A stretch of DNA of 64,000 bases from an uncultured cyanobacterium (GCA_963719515.1 CAVRCJ010000003.1:512001-576000), one strand, 5' to 3'. Positions 22,611 to 33,919 are shown, counted from the stretch's first letter. The notes: a model not told the origin generated them from the letters alone. Made by a program: numbers and translations.

Positions 22611-23288
22611 ATGCATATCCTCTTGGTGGACGATGAAGTCGAGCTAGCAGACGCCCTCAGTCAAATTTTGCGGCGAGAGGGCTATGAGGTGACGGTGGCC
22701 TACGACGGCAATGCCGGCGCAGCGCTGGCGGAGGCTGGAGGTCACGACCTGCTAATTTTGGACTGGATGCTGCCGGGGCAAAGTGGCCTAGAGCTGTGCC
22801 AGGGGCTGCGATCGCAAGGGCGAGTAACGCCGGTGCTTTTTTTGACGGCAAAAGATACGCTGGATGACCGGGTTGGGGGGCTAGATGCTGGAGCAGACGA
22901 CTATCTGGTAAAGCCCTTTGAGCTGAAAGAGCTGCTGGCGCGGGTGCGGGCCTTACTGAGACGACCGCCTACCCTGGCGACTGCGGTTAGCTGCCTCACG
23001 TTGGGGAAGCTGACTCTCGATCCCGCTAACCAAGTCGCCCGTCGCGGCGATCGCACCGTGGAGCTATCAGAAAAAGAGAGTCTGCTGCTGAGCTATTTTA
23101 TGCGCCACCCTAACCAGCTGCTATCTCACGAAGCTATCTACCAGCAGGTTTGGCAGGAAGAGCCCGCCACCAGCAACGTATTGGCGGCCCAGGTGCGGCT
23201 GCTGCGGCGCAAGCTAGAACATTTAGGCGAGTCGTCCCTCATCCATACGGTTTACGGCAAGGGCTATCGCGTTGGCCCGCTGGGTTAG
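22611..23288 (+). CDS. OmpR-family response regulator (RppA-like), no adjacent kinase
   Basis: ILLVDDE, LDWMLPG, DDYLVKPF, IHTVYGKGY. Confidence 0.92.
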   Translation: MHILLVDDEVELADALSQILRREGYEVTVAYDGNAGAALAEAGGHDLLILDWMLPGQSGLELCQGLRSQGRVTPVLFLTAKDTLDDRVGGLDAGADDYLVKPFELKELLARVRALLRRPPTLATAVSCLTLGKLTLDPANQVARRGDRTVELSEKESLLLSYFMRHPNQLLSHEAIYQQVWQEEPATSNVLAAQVRLLRRKLEHLGESSLIHTVYGKGYRVGPLG

Positions 23289-23517
23289 TCCTGTGGCCCT
23301 AGCGCAGCATCAAGGCCTAGATCTGACGCTTGGTTCGCATTGACGCGCTTGCACAATACTGCTGGCGGGTCTATTGGTCTCTGTAGGTCACAAAAGGGGG
23401 AACCTATCACTTTTAGTTGAGAGTGAGATAAGAGTAACCAATCTTTTATAGACCGTTTGACCTGGCGCAGCTGCCGCCTAGCCGCTCTCGTCACCCATCA
23501 TTCACAGGAGTAACGCT

Positions 23518-23757
23518 ATGTTTAGCTCAGCGATCGCGTCTGTCTCCGACTCGTTTTTGCCGAGATTTACCACCCAGCTCAATGAGGCCGTTGTCGATAA
23601 AGTCATCTCTCAAGGAGAAAAATGGAGGGTGAAGTACCAGGCCACGACGTGGGCGGCTCGCTGCGTTCGAGAGGACACATGCCTTAGCCCTGACGACGTC
23701 GTATACGTAGTGGGTAGGCAAAACCTAACGCTGTTAATTGATACGGTTATCACCTAG
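23518..23757 (+). CDS. Stand-alone NfeD-like OB-fold protein
   Basis: WRVKYQATTWAARC...VYVVGRQNLTLLI; AGGAG RBS. Confidence 0.8.
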   Translation: MFSSAIASVSDSFLPRFTTQLNEAVVDKVISQGEKWRVKYQATTWAARCVREDTCLSPDDVVYVVGRQNLTLLIDTVIT

Positions 23758-23828
23758 AACTTAAGGGCGGCTGCGGTGAAGGAATAGTCTTTCAACCTAG
23801 CTGCCCTAACATTTTGGTGCGGCAGTTT

Positions 23829-24455
23829 TTATCGTTTGCCAGCGCCCTGCTGCTGCAAGAACTCCTCCTCAAGCTGATGATAAATGCGCCGCAGCAGGCG
23901 CTTTCCTCGCTGAGCCCGCTTGCGCAACGTCGCGGCTTTGCAGGTTTCTCCCTCCCCCGCCAAAATTATTTGGATGTCTGCCCACTCATACCCATCCAGT
24001 AGACGAAACTTCATAAGTTGACCGATATCAGGTCTGATTTCAAGCAGCCGCGCTAGGGCGAGCCATAGAAGATCGATGCGCTGCTCGCGGGTAAGTAACA
24101 GTGCAGGCTCGCTCTCCGCTTCGACGGCAGTTTGGGTCTCAAACTCGTAAGACTGAGGATCCATCAGTATTTCCCTGCGCCGCTCACGCGACTTCTCGCG
24201 GATGATGTTGAGGCATGTGCTGCGCAACCAAGCTTTGTAGTTACGAATAGTCTGTTTTTTCTCCGCCTTGAGCGTACGCTCGTAGGCGATGTGAATGATT
24301 TCGTGGGGTTCAGTCGTGTGGCTCAAGTTGTACTGGTTTATGAACCGCTGCACCATAGAGATAAATGAGTACGGATGGGCGCTATTGGTGCTGAGGATCT
24401 CCCGAACAACATCCTGGAGCTGATTGGGGGGGCAATCGTCGTTAGCCATGCTCAT
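23829..24455 (-). CDS. ECF-like sigma-70 family factor
   Basis: EIIHIAY...IRNYKAWLRSTCLNIIRE (region 2); MKFRLLDGYEWADI...AATLRKRAQRG (region 4). Confidence 0.78.
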   Translation of the reverse strand: MSMANDDCPPNQLQDVVREILSTNSAHPYSFISMVQRFINQYNLSHTTEPHEIIHIAYERTLKAEKKQTIRNYKAWLRSTCLNIIREKSRERRREILMDPQSYEFETQTAVEAESEPALLLTREQRIDLLWLALARLLEIRPDIGQLMKFRLLDGYEWADIQIILAGEGETCKAATLRKRAQRGKRLLRRIYHQLEEEFLQQQGAGKR

Positions 24456-24818
24456 GGAAGGTAGAGATATCTAGATAATTGTGACGAAAGGAACTAAGTG
24501 TGACACTTGAAGTCAAAAATTCTACCGCTTTGAGAAAACTAATTGTGAGACTGAACATATCACATCTGAACAATATGTCTTTTAGATATTGAGGTTCGAA
24601 GCGGTTTGACATAGACTCGAGCGAAGCCCTGTGACCTGATGCTACGAGCTACATCAGTTTATAGAAGCTTTACGGACCGGGCGGATCCATCAAGCTTTCG
24701 TAAACTCCAGCTGTCAAAGCCGTCACATTTGCCCCATCACAACACATATGTAAGTCGCACATATGTCGGCGATCGCGTTTCAACCCCTCACTACTCAAAA
24801 CATACTTCAGGTAAACTT

Positions 24819-25439
24819 ATGGATATTGAAAATATTGATACTGTCTCCGAAGACTTGCTCCTCGAGTCGCAAGGCTATGCAGAGATTGCTCAAGAGTATT
24901 ATTGCCTCTCTCTTCAAAAGCAGCTCAGTGAGGCCCAGGACGAGCGGCTGTCCATTATTCTTCAACTTGCCGAAGGCGATCGCTTGCTCAGCTTTATCAT
25001 TGATGAAACAGACCATATCCTGGGCCACGAGCTCGGCCTAATCGATTTGCCTAAGATTCGTGAGCAGCAGGACCGCCTCCGTCACGCCTTGGACAACAGC
25101 TGGGTCGACCAGGTGATGAAAGGCAGCCGCGATCGCCAGTCGGCCCAGGTGCCAAAGCAATCGCTAGAGCAGGCCCAGACGCGGCTAAAGCAGGAAGGGT
25201 TTTACAACGGTGAGATTGACGGACAGTATGGCCCTGAGACCCAGCAGGCATTTGACAACCTGCGGCAGGCGCTAGCCCATGAGCTAAAGCGACGCGGCCT
25301 CTACAGCGGTCCTGCTCCGGCCAGCTCTCAAACGCTGCAGGATCTGCTGCGCCAGATCAAAGAAAGTGAGCCGGTTCGCGGTACAGATATTGAGACGAAG
25401 GTGGATTTACTGAGTTTGGAGTCTTGGCTGGAGCGCTGA
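24819..25439 (+). CDS. Hypothetical protein with a PG_binding_1-like domain, divergent from the sigma factor
   Basis: Helical N-domain (EYYCLSL...ERLSIILQLA...DHILGHELGL) then AQTRLKQEGFYNGEIDGQYGPETQQA; CAGGT RBS before ATG 24819. Confidence 0.7.
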   Translation: MDIENIDTVSEDLLLESQGYAEIAQEYYCLSLQKQLSEAQDERLSIILQLAEGDRLLSFIIDETDHILGHELGLIDLPKIREQQDRLRHALDNSWVDQVMKGSRDRQSAQVPKQSLEQAQTRLKQEGFYNGEIDGQYGPETQQAFDNLRQALAHELKRRGLYSGPAPASSQTLQDLLRQIKESEPVRGTDIETKVDLLSLESWLER

Positions 25440-25493
25440 GTGGACTATGGGGCGGGCCGCGGAGCAGCAGGTATGAAGCGACTTAGCGTACCG

Positions 25494-26438
25494 CTATCCT
25501 CCTTCACGCAGGGGGGCAGTCACCGTCAGCGCAGTCTTCACAGGTCGCTCGATCCATTGGCTCTCTGACCAGCGCCCCAGGGAAAGATGCCCCTGATAAT
25601 ACAGCGCTGTGGAGCTGCCGCCGTCGAGGTTTAGCGCCTCTACCGCGCCCAGCTCTTCCATGAGGGTCGCTAGCTCGCGCAGCGTTAGCCCCGAGGTCGC
25701 TAGCTCAGGGCGTTGAGCAGCGGCTACCAACAGCAGCTTTCCCGACGCCGTGATGCCAATGGCGCTGCGGGCGTTGGGCCGAGTCTCCCCAAGGGCGTCT
25801 CGAATGCGATCGCCCCCCGCTATAGCCACAAACCCCTCTTCTACAGAGGTCAGCTCGGGCAGCAGGCGCGGTCCGCCGCCCACCGCGTCGAGGGTGCGAC
25901 AGCCCACAGGCGGCGGCTCGCTGTGCGGCGCAATCGCGTAGCTGCCAGGGCTATGTTCACCGCTCTGACTACCCGCACAGCGGTAGCGACGAAACTCAGA
26001 GCGATTGAGGATTTTGGAGAGGTAGGGCGCTAAATCTGGGTTATCCATCAGCCGCGAGTTGTCTCGGGGGGTGGCGACCTCCTCGCCATCAACCGTGATG
26101 TAGGAGGTCGTCTCGCCGTTTTGAGGGTCAAAGAACCCCGCATTGATGGCGGCGATCGCATCCGACTGCTGGGCGATCGCCGCGACGGTATCTAGGGAAG
26201 CCGCAACGCCGACGCTGACTCTGTAGGACGCTGGAACCGTTACAATGTGAACCGTCGACCGCTCTAGCTCACGCGTACTGTAGGTGACTACGGCGGCGGA
26301 CGATGGGTCCGGCGGCGGGGTGGTGACTAGCCCCGGCGCGATTGCTCCGCCTTGCTCTTGAGACATGCCTTGATGTCCGAGTAGAGCGGCCAAGAGACCC
26401 AGGACTATAGCAGTTAGCAGTACAAGTGAACGGCGCAT
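25494..26438 (-). CDS. Phosphodiester glycosidase (NAGPA) family exported protein
   Basis: AAINAGFF, GGGPRL, ARSAIGI, ALNLDGGSST. Confidence 0.88.
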   Translation of the reverse strand: MRRSLVLLTAIVLGLLAALLGHQGMSQEQGGAIAPGLVTTPPPDPSSAAVVTYSTRELERSTVHIVTVPASYRVSVGVAASLDTVAAIAQQSDAIAAINAGFFDPQNGETTSYITVDGEEVATPRDNSRLMDNPDLAPYLSKILNRSEFRRYRCAGSQSGEHSPGSYAIAPHSEPPPVGCRTLDAVGGGPRLLPELTSVEEGFVAIAGGDRIRDALGETRPNARSAIGITASGKLLLVAAAQRPELATSGLTLRELATLMEELGAVEALNLDGGSSTALYYQGHLSLGRWSESQWIERPVKTALTVTAPLREGG

Positions 26439-26483
26439 TGGCGCTTCCCCTCAGTGATGTAGCCGATTAAACCTCTGCTAGAG

Positions 26484-27293
26484 CTAAAATACCTGTCCGC
26501 CCAGCAGTAGTCCAATCATAATCAGCAGCAGCCGTCGCCCGAGCACAAATCCAGCGTCAGGGTTAATCGCAGTGCGGTAGAGGGCGATCGCCGCTGGCGC
26601 AACGATTAGGGCCACGATGGGAAGCCACAGCCCGCTGTAGGTCACGAGCAGAAGATCAAGGCCAACCCTCACCGCCGCCGATGCAGCAATCCAAAGCACC
26701 GCATCTTGTAGGGTTAGGTCAGCAGAGGCCGCTGTACGCTCAGACGATGAGGCGAGTTGGCGCGGTGTGCCGGACGCTGCGGGGGGTTGGGAGGGTAAGG
26801 GAGACTGCAGCGATTGGCCAAACCGCTTTCCCCAGCGAAGCAAATAGGCAGGTCCACTTTGAAGATCTGCTTTGGCGTTCTGCTGAGGCAGACTGCGATA
26901 CTGCCGTCTCAGCCTATCGGCGAGCTGCGCGGCGTCTGCAGCGGACGACGGTGCTGATGGTGATCGGTCTAGGACGTCAGCTTTCAGATCAGCAGGTGCC
27001 GCACCGCTAAATTTTGGGAGTCGCGAGGGGTAGGGGGCTAGAGCGGGATGGCTAGCAGTGCTTATGGGAGAGGCGATCGCCCGGCGCAGCTGCCTGATGC
27101 CGGCATTGTTCACGTCTCTTCTATTAGCTTCTCTTTCCCCAAGCTCTCTCCGAGAGGGTAGGGCTGGAGTAAACGCCGCCAAGTCGGCTACCGCCAAATC
27201 ACCCCGACTGGGCTGGCGAGTTTGGCGGCGCTGGTGACCTATTGTCTGCAGCTTAGTCTGAATACGCTGAATCTCAGCCTGATCGCTGTGCAT
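26484..27293 (-). CDS. Hypothetical protein with C-terminal TM helices
   Basis: GGAGG RBS before ATG 27293; low-complexity middle, 2-3 hydrophobic helices. Confidence 0.6.
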   Translation of the reverse strand: MHSDQAEIQRIQTKLQTIGHQRRQTRQPSRGDLAVADLAAFTPALPSRRELGEREANRRDVNNAGIRQLRRAIASPISTASHPALAPYPSRLPKFSGAAPADLKADVLDRSPSAPSSAADAAQLADRLRRQYRSLPQQNAKADLQSGPAYLLRWGKRFGQSLQSPLPSQPPAASGTPRQLASSSERTAASADLTLQDAVLWIAASAAVRVGLDLLLVTYSGLWLPIVALIVAPAAIALYRTAINPDAGFVLGRRLLLIMIGLLLGGQVF

Positions 27294-27395
27294 GTATAGC
27301 CTCCACAATTCCAAGGGTTGAACGTAATTGAGTACAAGTGTACTATACAACTCGGAATTGACCAAGATTTTTCACAGCAATTTAACCAGCGCGCT

Positions 27396-28307
27396 TCACC
27401 GCGCTTGGGCGAGCTTGTCAATGACGGACTGCGTCGATACGACATGGCGGTCTAAGCCCAAGTCCGCTGGCGACACCCCCAGCGCTAAGGCCACCAGCTG
27501 CGGTAGATGGAGGATGGGTAGCTCAAAGGAGGCCTGCAGCACTTGGGCGACCTCTGGCTGCCGGGAGTCCAGGTTGAGGTGGCATAGGGGACAGGGGGTG
27601 ACGATGCAGTCTGCCCCGGCGGCGATCGCCTCTTGAATATGTCCCCCCGCCATCCGAAAGGAGGTGTCGGTGTCGTAGCTCGACAGGGGCCAGCCGCAGC
27701 ATTGCGTTCGGCCCCGATAGTCAATCGGCGTTGCCCCCAAAGCGCGAAACAGATTTTCCAGGGATTGGGGATTGAGCGGATCGTCATAGGGCAGCTGCTT
27801 CTGGGCCCTGAGCAGATAGCAGCCGTAAAATGCAGCGCAGTTGAGGCCGTTCAGGGGCCGGACAACGCGCTCTCGCAGTGCGCTCAGCCCGTAACGCCCC
27901 ACCAGCATCCACAGTAGATGGGTGACCTCGGTAGTCCCTTGGTAAGGAGAGCAGTGCTCTTGCTCTAAGAGCTGATTGACCTGATCAACGTAGCCGGGAT
28001 CTTCAATTTGCGAGGCTTTGAGGCGCTCGTCGACTCGACCCATCACCCCCTGACAGGTACTGCAATGGGTCAGCAGCGGTAAGTTGAGCGACTCCGCCAG
28101 CGCGATGTTGCGGGCGTTGACGGTGTCTTCGAGCAGCAAAGAATCTTCTCTAAAAGTGCCGGAGCCGCAGCAGGATGCTCGCTTCAGCTCAATGAGCTCT
28201 ATATCCAATGCCTGAGCTACGATTTGCGTCGATTGATGAAGCTCTCGGCAAGCGCCTTGAGCAACGCAGCCCGGAAAGTATGCGTAGCGCAGGGGTGAAG
28301 TTGCCAT
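27396..28307 (-). CDS. hdrB: HdrB-like CCG-domain Fe-S protein
   Basis: [36 protein letters not shown]. Confidence 0.85.
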   Translation of the reverse strand: MATSPLRYAYFPGCVAQGACRELHQSTQIVAQALDIELIELKRASCCGSGTFREDSLLLEDTVNARNIALAESLNLPLLTHCSTCQGVMGRVDERLKASQIEDPGYVDQVNQLLEQEHCSPYQGTTEVTHLLWMLVGRYGLSALRERVVRPLNGLNCAAFYGCYLLRAQKQLPYDDPLNPQSLENLFRALGATPIDYRGRTQCCGWPLSSYDTDTSFRMAGGHIQEAIAAGADCIVTPCPLCHLNLDSRQPEVAQVLQASFELPILHLPQLVALALGVSPADLGLDRHVVSTQSVIDKLAQAR

Positions 28308-28540
28308 AGATGCACAGTCGCTTAGAGAAAAAGTGGTTTAAGCAATTAGTTTAAGACTGATGTCGTAAGCGTCAGGATCTGGTGCCGCTGTCCAATAAAA
28401 TGGAAGGATGCAAAATTACCACAAGTTGCCGAGCTTGGCGATCGCCTACGCTACCGGCGCTCGATCTAGCTTCTGCTAGTGCGAACGTCCAGAGGAGTGG
28501 TTTAATGATAGCTGCTGATAGTTAAAGAAGAGACAATGTA

Positions 28541-28786
28541 ATGGATCAGGACAAGATTTTTGCAAAAGTTCAGGAAATTGTTTGCGAGCAGTTAGGCGTT
28601 GAGGATTCCGAGGTGAAAGCAGAGTCGAGCTTCGCGAACGACCTTGGGGCGGATTCGCTCGATACGGTCGAGCTCGTCATGGCCCTAGAAGAAGAATTCG
28701 ACATCGAGATTCCTGACGAGGCCGCTGAAAAGATCGCTACGGTTCAGGCCGCTGTGGACTTTATCAAAGAGAAAACTGAGAAGTAG
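28541..28786 (+). CDS. acpP: Acyl carrier protein
   Basis: [20 protein letters not shown]. Confidence 0.98.
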   Translation: MDQDKIFAKVQEIVCEQLGVEDSEVKAESSFANDLGADSLDTVELVMALEEEFDIEIPDEAAEKIATVQAAVDFIKEKTEK

Positions 28787-28963
28787 ACGGCGCACCGTCT
28801 GTGCATCGTCTCGACCCTGTGGGTGGCGCAGCACCCACAGGCCGAACCCAAAACGACTCGTGCGAATAGGAGCTGCCCTCTCGCCAAGGGCCAGCACTCC
28901 CCCGCTGGCGCAAACGCTGTGCAAGCGCGACGTAAGACTGTAACAGATCCCGATCCTAGAACT

Positions 28964-30223
28964 ATGGTAAATTCTGATTTTCCTAGAGCGCGCGTCGTCA
29001 TTACTGGGTTAGGCGCCGTCACCCCTATTGGCAACACTCTATCTGACTATTGGCAGGGGCTGATGGAGAGCCGCAACGGCATTGGGCGAATTACCCACTT
29101 CGATCCATCAAAGCATGCCTGTCAGATCGCTGGAGAAGTCAAGGCCTTTGACCCGCTGCAGTATCTCGATCGCAAGGACGCAAAGCGAATGGATCGCTTC
29201 GCCCAGTTCGCTATCGCGGCGAGTAAGCAGGCGCTCGCCGATGCCCAGTTTGAGATTACTGAACTCAATGCCGAGCAGGTCGGCGTCATGATTGGAACGG
29301 GTATCGGGGGACTCAAGGTGCTAGAAGAGCAGCATGAGGTCTATCTCACCCGAGGGCCGTCTCGGTGCAGCCCCTTCATGATTCCCACGATGATTGCGAA
29401 CATGGCCGCTGGATTGACGGCTATTCAGGTGGGGGCAAAGGGGCCAAACTCTTGTGCCGTAACCGCCTGCGCTGCCGGGTCTAACGCCATCGGGGATGCC
29501 TTTAGAATTTTGCAAAGGGGCGATGCCCAGGCCATGATCTGCGGTGGCACTGAAGCCGCAATTACGCCTTTGTCCTATGCTGGATTTGCCTCAGCGAAGG
29601 CGCTCTCGACCCGTAACGATGACGCTGCCCATGCGTCGCGCCCCTTTGACCTCAACCGCGACGGCTTTGTTATGGGAGAAGGCTCGGGCATCCTAATTCT
29701 TGAATCGCTGGAGCATGCCCTTAGCCGAGGCGCGAACATCTATGGCGAGATTGTGGGCTATGGTATGACCTGCGATGCCTATCACATGACCTCCCCACCT
29801 CCGGGCGGCACCGGCGCTGCTCGGGCGATGCGCTTAGCGCTTAAAGACGGCGGACTGTTGCCCAGCGCTGTCGACTATATCAATGCTCATGGAACCAGTA
29901 CGCCCGCCAACGACTCTACCGAAACGGCGGCTATCAAGTCGGTCTTAGAAGAGCATGCCTACCAGGTCGCCATCAGCTCGACCAAATCCATGACCGGCCA
30001 CCTGCTCGGCGGGTCTGGGGGAATTGAGGCGGTCGCCGTCGCGATGGCTTTGGTCAAGGAGCGCGTGCCGCCCACAATCAATCTAGAAGTTCCTGACCCG
30101 AAGTGCGATCTCGACTATGTTCCCAACCAGTCCCGAGCCCTGACGGTCAATGTGGCCCTGTCTAATTCGTTCGGATTTGGGGGCCATAACGTCACTCTCG
30201 CATTCAAGCGCTATAGCAATTAG
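28964..30223 (+). CDS. fabF: 3-oxoacyl-ACP synthase II
   Basis: RVVITGLGAVTPIG, TACAAG, INAHGTST, SNSFGFGGHN. Confidence 0.97.
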   Translation: MVNSDFPRARVVITGLGAVTPIGNTLSDYWQGLMESRNGIGRITHFDPSKHACQIAGEVKAFDPLQYLDRKDAKRMDRFAQFAIAASKQALADAQFEITELNAEQVGVMIGTGIGGLKVLEEQHEVYLTRGPSRCSPFMIPTMIANMAAGLTAIQVGAKGPNSCAVTACAAGSNAIGDAFRILQRGDAQAMICGGTEAAITPLSYAGFASAKALSTRNDDAAHASRPFDLNRDGFVMGEGSGILILESLEHALSRGANIYGEIVGYGMTCDAYHMTSPPPGGTGAARAMRLALKDGGLLPSAVDYINAHGTSTPANDSTETAAIKSVLEEHAYQVAISSTKSMTGHLLGGSGGIEAVAVAMALVKERVPPTINLEVPDPKCDLDYVPNQSRALTVNVALSNSFGFGGHNVTLAFKRYSN

Positions 30224-30577
30224 CGATCGCTGTCTACGCTTCAATTTTTCCCATCGCTGGCGGGGGTTCATCCAGCCTGCATTAAGCCCAGGGTTATAGA
30301 GTTTATACGCATTAGGATATAAACTTAAATAAATAGGAGTTGCCTAGGTATAGTTGCCTACTGCACTGCGATCCGATTTCGAATAGGCGTGCATGGCGTT
30401 CAGTCAGTCAAGCGTTGCGCTGCGTTACGTCAATGACATAAGGCAGCGGTGTAGAACAATTACGGATGCAGGGCAGTTCTAACCTAGCTTCTGTTAGAGC
30501 TAATTGATCTCAAAGATACCTAGTACGCTCCAACTACTCCCTTTTCACCATTGTCGTTGACTTACACCGAGAGGATT

Positions 30578-32581
30578 ATGGCTGTCGTCACCCAATCTTT
30601 GGAAGAGCTTTGCATCAATTCAATCCGCTTTCTGGCTATTGACGCGGTTGAAAACGCTAAGTCTGGTCACCCTGGTCTTCCGATGGGAGCCGCCCCCATG
30701 GCGTTTGTACTGTGGGATAAGTTTTTGCGGTTTAACCCCAAGAATCCAGGCTGGTTTGATCGCGATCGCTTTGTGCTGTCGGCAGGGCATGGCTGCATGC
30801 TCCAGTATGCGCTGATGCACCTCACCGGGTACGACAGCGTCTCTCTAGACGACATTAAGCAGTTTCGCCAGTGGGGCTCTAGAGCGCCCGGTCACCCCGA
30901 GAATTTTGAAACGCCTGGTGTTGAGGTGACCACCGGACCATTGGGTCAGGGTATCGCCAACGCAGTCGGCTTAGCGATGGCGGAGGCTCATCTCGCCGCT
31001 CGCTTCAACAAGCCCGATTCAACTTTGATTGACCACTATACCTACGCCATCCTGGGTGACGGCTGCAACATGGAGGGCGTCTCCGGCGAGGCCTGCTCTC
31101 TAGGAGGCCACCTCGGCCTAGGTAAGCTCATTGCTCTCTACGACGACAACCATATCTCCATCGACGGCTCCACCGATATTTCCTTCACCGAAGACGTCGC
31201 CAAGCGGTTTGAAGCCTACGGCTGGCACGTCCAGCACGTCGAAGATGGCAACACCGATCTAGAGGCGATCGGCCGCGCCATTGAAGCCGCCAAGTCGGTA
31301 ACCGATAAGCCTTCCTTCATCAAGGTGACGACCACCATCGGCTACGGCTCCCCCAACAAAGCCAACACCGCTGGAATCCACGGCGCAGCCCTAGGCGATG
31401 ACGAAATTGCCGCCACCCGTAAAAACCTAGGCTGGACCCACGGGACGTTCGAAATCCCGGACGACGCGCTGGCCCACTTCCGCAAGGCGGTTGACCGGGG
31501 CGCTGACCTAGAGTCTAAGTGGCAGGACACTTTGGAGTCCTACCGCAAGCAGTATCCCGACGAAGCCGCAGAATTTGAGCGCATGCAGCGCGGCGAGCTA
31601 CCCCAAGGCTGGGCCGACGCGCTGCCTACCTACACCAGCGCCGACAAAGGCATCGCTACCCGCAAGCATTCCCAGGCCACGCTGAACGCGATCGCTCCTG
31701 TCGTGCCCGAGCTGATTGGTGGCTCTGCTGACCTCACCCATTCCAATTTGACCGAAATTAAGGTTTCCGGCGACTTTCAGCACGGGCAGTACGAGAATCG
31801 CAACCTGCGGTTCGGCGTTCGGGAGCACGGCATGGCGGCAATCTGTAACGGAATTGCGCTGCACAATTCTGGCCTCGTGCCCTACTGCGCAACGTTCCTC
31901 GTGTTCGTTGACTACATGCGGGGGGCTGTGCGGCTGTCGGCGCTGTCAGAAGCGGGCGTCATCTACGTGATGACCCACGACTCCGTAGGTCTAGGCGAAG
32001 ACGGACCGACTCACCAGCCGGTGGAAACTATCGCCTCGCTGCGGGTTATTCCTAACCTGACGGTAATTCGTCCAGCAGACGGCAATGAGGTGTCAGGGGC
32101 CTACAAGATTGCGGTGGAAAACCGCAAGGCTCCTACGCTGATCGCCTTCACCCGCCAGAATCTCCCCAACTACGACGAGACCTCTATCGAGGGCGTCTCC
32201 AAGGGGGCCTACGTGATCTCCTGTGACGGCGTCCCCGACATCATTCTCGTTGGCACCGGAAGCGAGCTATCTCTCTGCGTCGAGGCGGCCAAGCAGCTGC
32301 GCGAAGGCGGTACTAAAGTGCGGGTGGTGTCGATGCCCTCTTGGGAGCTGTTCGACGCTCAAGACGAAGACTACCGAGAGTCAGTGTTGCCTAAAGCTAT
32401 CACTAAGCGCCTTTCCGTTGAGGCGGGCTCTACGTTTGGCTGGTGCCGTTATGTCGGCTCCGAGGGTGCATCCATCGGTATCGATAATTTCGGAGCCTCT
32501 GCCCCCGGAAACATCTGCATGGAGCGATTTGGCTTTACCGTAGAGAAGGTGCTGGATAAGGCAAAAGCGCTGCTGGGATAG
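30578..32581 (+). CDS. tkt: Transketolase
   Basis: [41 protein letters not shown]. Confidence 0.97.
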   Translation: MAVVTQSLEELCINSIRFLAIDAVENAKSGHPGLPMGAAPMAFVLWDKFLRFNPKNPGWFDRDRFVLSAGHGCMLQYALMHLTGYDSVSLDDIKQFRQWGSRAPGHPENFETPGVEVTTGPLGQGIANAVGLAMAEAHLAARFNKPDSTLIDHYTYAILGDGCNMEGVSGEACSLGGHLGLGKLIALYDDNHISIDGSTDISFTEDVAKRFEAYGWHVQHVEDGNTDLEAIGRAIEAAKSVTDKPSFIKVTTTIGYGSPNKANTAGIHGAALGDDEIAATRKNLGWTHGTFEIPDDALAHFRKAVDRGADLESKWQDTLESYRKQYPDEAAEFERMQRGELPQGWADALPTYTSADKGIATRKHSQATLNAIAPVVPELIGGSADLTHSNLTEIKVSGDFQHGQYENRNLRFGVREHGMAAICNGIALHNSGLVPYCATFLVFVDYMRGAVRLSALSEAGVIYVMTHDSVGLGEDGPTHQPVETIASLRVIPNLTVIRPADGNEVSGAYKIAVENRKAPTLIAFTRQNLPNYDETSIEGVSKGAYVISCDGVPDIILVGTGSELSLCVEAAKQLREGGTKVRVVSMPSWELFDAQDEDYRESVLPKAITKRLSVEAGSTFGWCRYVGSEGASIGIDNFGASAPGNICMERFGFTVEKVLDKAKALLG

Positions 32582-32659
32582 GGACACCTGCGATCGCTCT
32601 AGGCAAGGGTCTATAGGGGTGTGGCATGCTGTGTCCTTATAGACCCAGCCGCCGTGCCC

Positions 32660-33919
32660 CTACGCGGCGTCAGCCAGTATCTCATCTTGCCCATTTTGAA
32701 CACCGCTCTGAGCAATCTCGCCCTTCAGAAACTCGACGGCCGCCTGGTACTGTGGGTCTGTCGCTGTTGCGAGGTCAGCGCGGGTCAGGGGTGGCGTAGA
32801 GACAATGCGGTCGGGGAGTATACCCTGTTTATTGATGTCGGTGTGGTTAGGGGTTTCGTAGCGGGCTACCGTGACGGCCAGCCCTGACCCATCTGACAGC
32901 CGGAACAGCGATTGAATCAGTCCCTTGCCAAACGTGCGCTCGCCTACGAGCTGCGCCCGGCCGTTATCCTGCAGGGCCCCAGACAGGATTTCGCTAGCGC
33001 TCGCGGTGCCGCCATTGACTAAAATTGCTAACGGATTTGACGTTCGGGCCGCCCCCACTGCGTCAATGCGGTCCTGGATGCCGTAGCGGTTGACGGTGTA
33101 CACTACCGTTCCCTTGTCTAACCAAAGCCGGGCAATTTCAATCCCTGCCTGCAGCAGCCCGCCGGGATTGTTGCGCAGGTCTAGGACATAGCCCTCAGCC
33201 CCAGAGGCTTCTAGAGAATCGATCGCCTGTCCGAGCTCGTTGGTGGCGTTGGCGTTAAACTGGTTCAGGCGGATGTAGCCCACGGGAAACGGCCCGTCGG
33301 TGCGTAGATCGGCGTAGACCGGATTGAGGGCGATGCGATCGCGCACGATGGGAAAATCGGTGGGAACTGAGTCACGGTCTATTGTGAGGGTTACCGTCGT
33401 TCCCGGCAGGCCCCGCATCAGCTTGGCGGCCTCGTCTAGGGCAATGCCCTTTGTGGAAACGCCGTCGATGCCGAGGATATGGTCCTGCGCCTGAATGCCT
33501 GCTTCATCTGCGGGTGAGCCCTCCACTGGGGAGATTACTTTGAGGTAGCCTGCCTCATCCTGGCTAATTTGCAGCCCCACACCGGTCAATTCTCCCGACG
33601 TGCTGGTCTGCAGACTTTGATACTGATCGGGATCCAAAAATCGCGTGAACGGATCCCCTAATCCTGACAGCATCTCCCTCACAGCGGCGTAAGAGGCCTC
33701 CTGGTCCGGCACGTCCTGACGGAGCGCCCGCTGCCGCACAAGCCACCAGTTCTGACCATTGAAGCTGTCGTCTACGTAAGACCTGTCGACGATACGCCAC
33801 ACCTCATTCAGCAACCGGTGCCCCTCGGAATAGGCGATCGCGGGCTCTATCCAAAAGCTACCTACGGCAGTCGCCAGGAGTAAGCACGCAAGTAACGTGG
33901 AGATAAGCGAGTTTTTCAT
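32660..33919 (-). CDS. ctpA: Carboxyl-terminal processing protease
   Basis: PDZ + S41 motifs DLRNNPGG, TASASEI, TFGKG; divergent from petB as is usual for ctpA. Confidence 0.88.
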   Translation of the reverse strand: MKNSLISTLLACLLLATAVGSFWIEPAIAYSEGHRLLNEVWRIVDRSYVDDSFNGQNWWLVRQRALRQDVPDQEASYAAVREMLSGLGDPFTRFLDPDQYQSLQTSTSGELTGVGLQISQDEAGYLKVISPVEGSPADEAGIQAQDHILGIDGVSTKGIALDEAAKLMRGLPGTTVTLTIDRDSVPTDFPIVRDRIALNPVYADLRTDGPFPVGYIRLNQFNANATNELGQAIDSLEASGAEGYVLDLRNNPGGLLQAGIEIARLWLDKGTVVYTVNRYGIQDRIDAVGAARTSNPLAILVNGGTASASEILSGALQDNGRAQLVGERTFGKGLIQSLFRLSDGSGLAVTVARYETPNHTDINKQGILPDRIVSTPPLTRADLATATDPQYQAAVEFLKGEIAQSGVQNGQDEILADAA

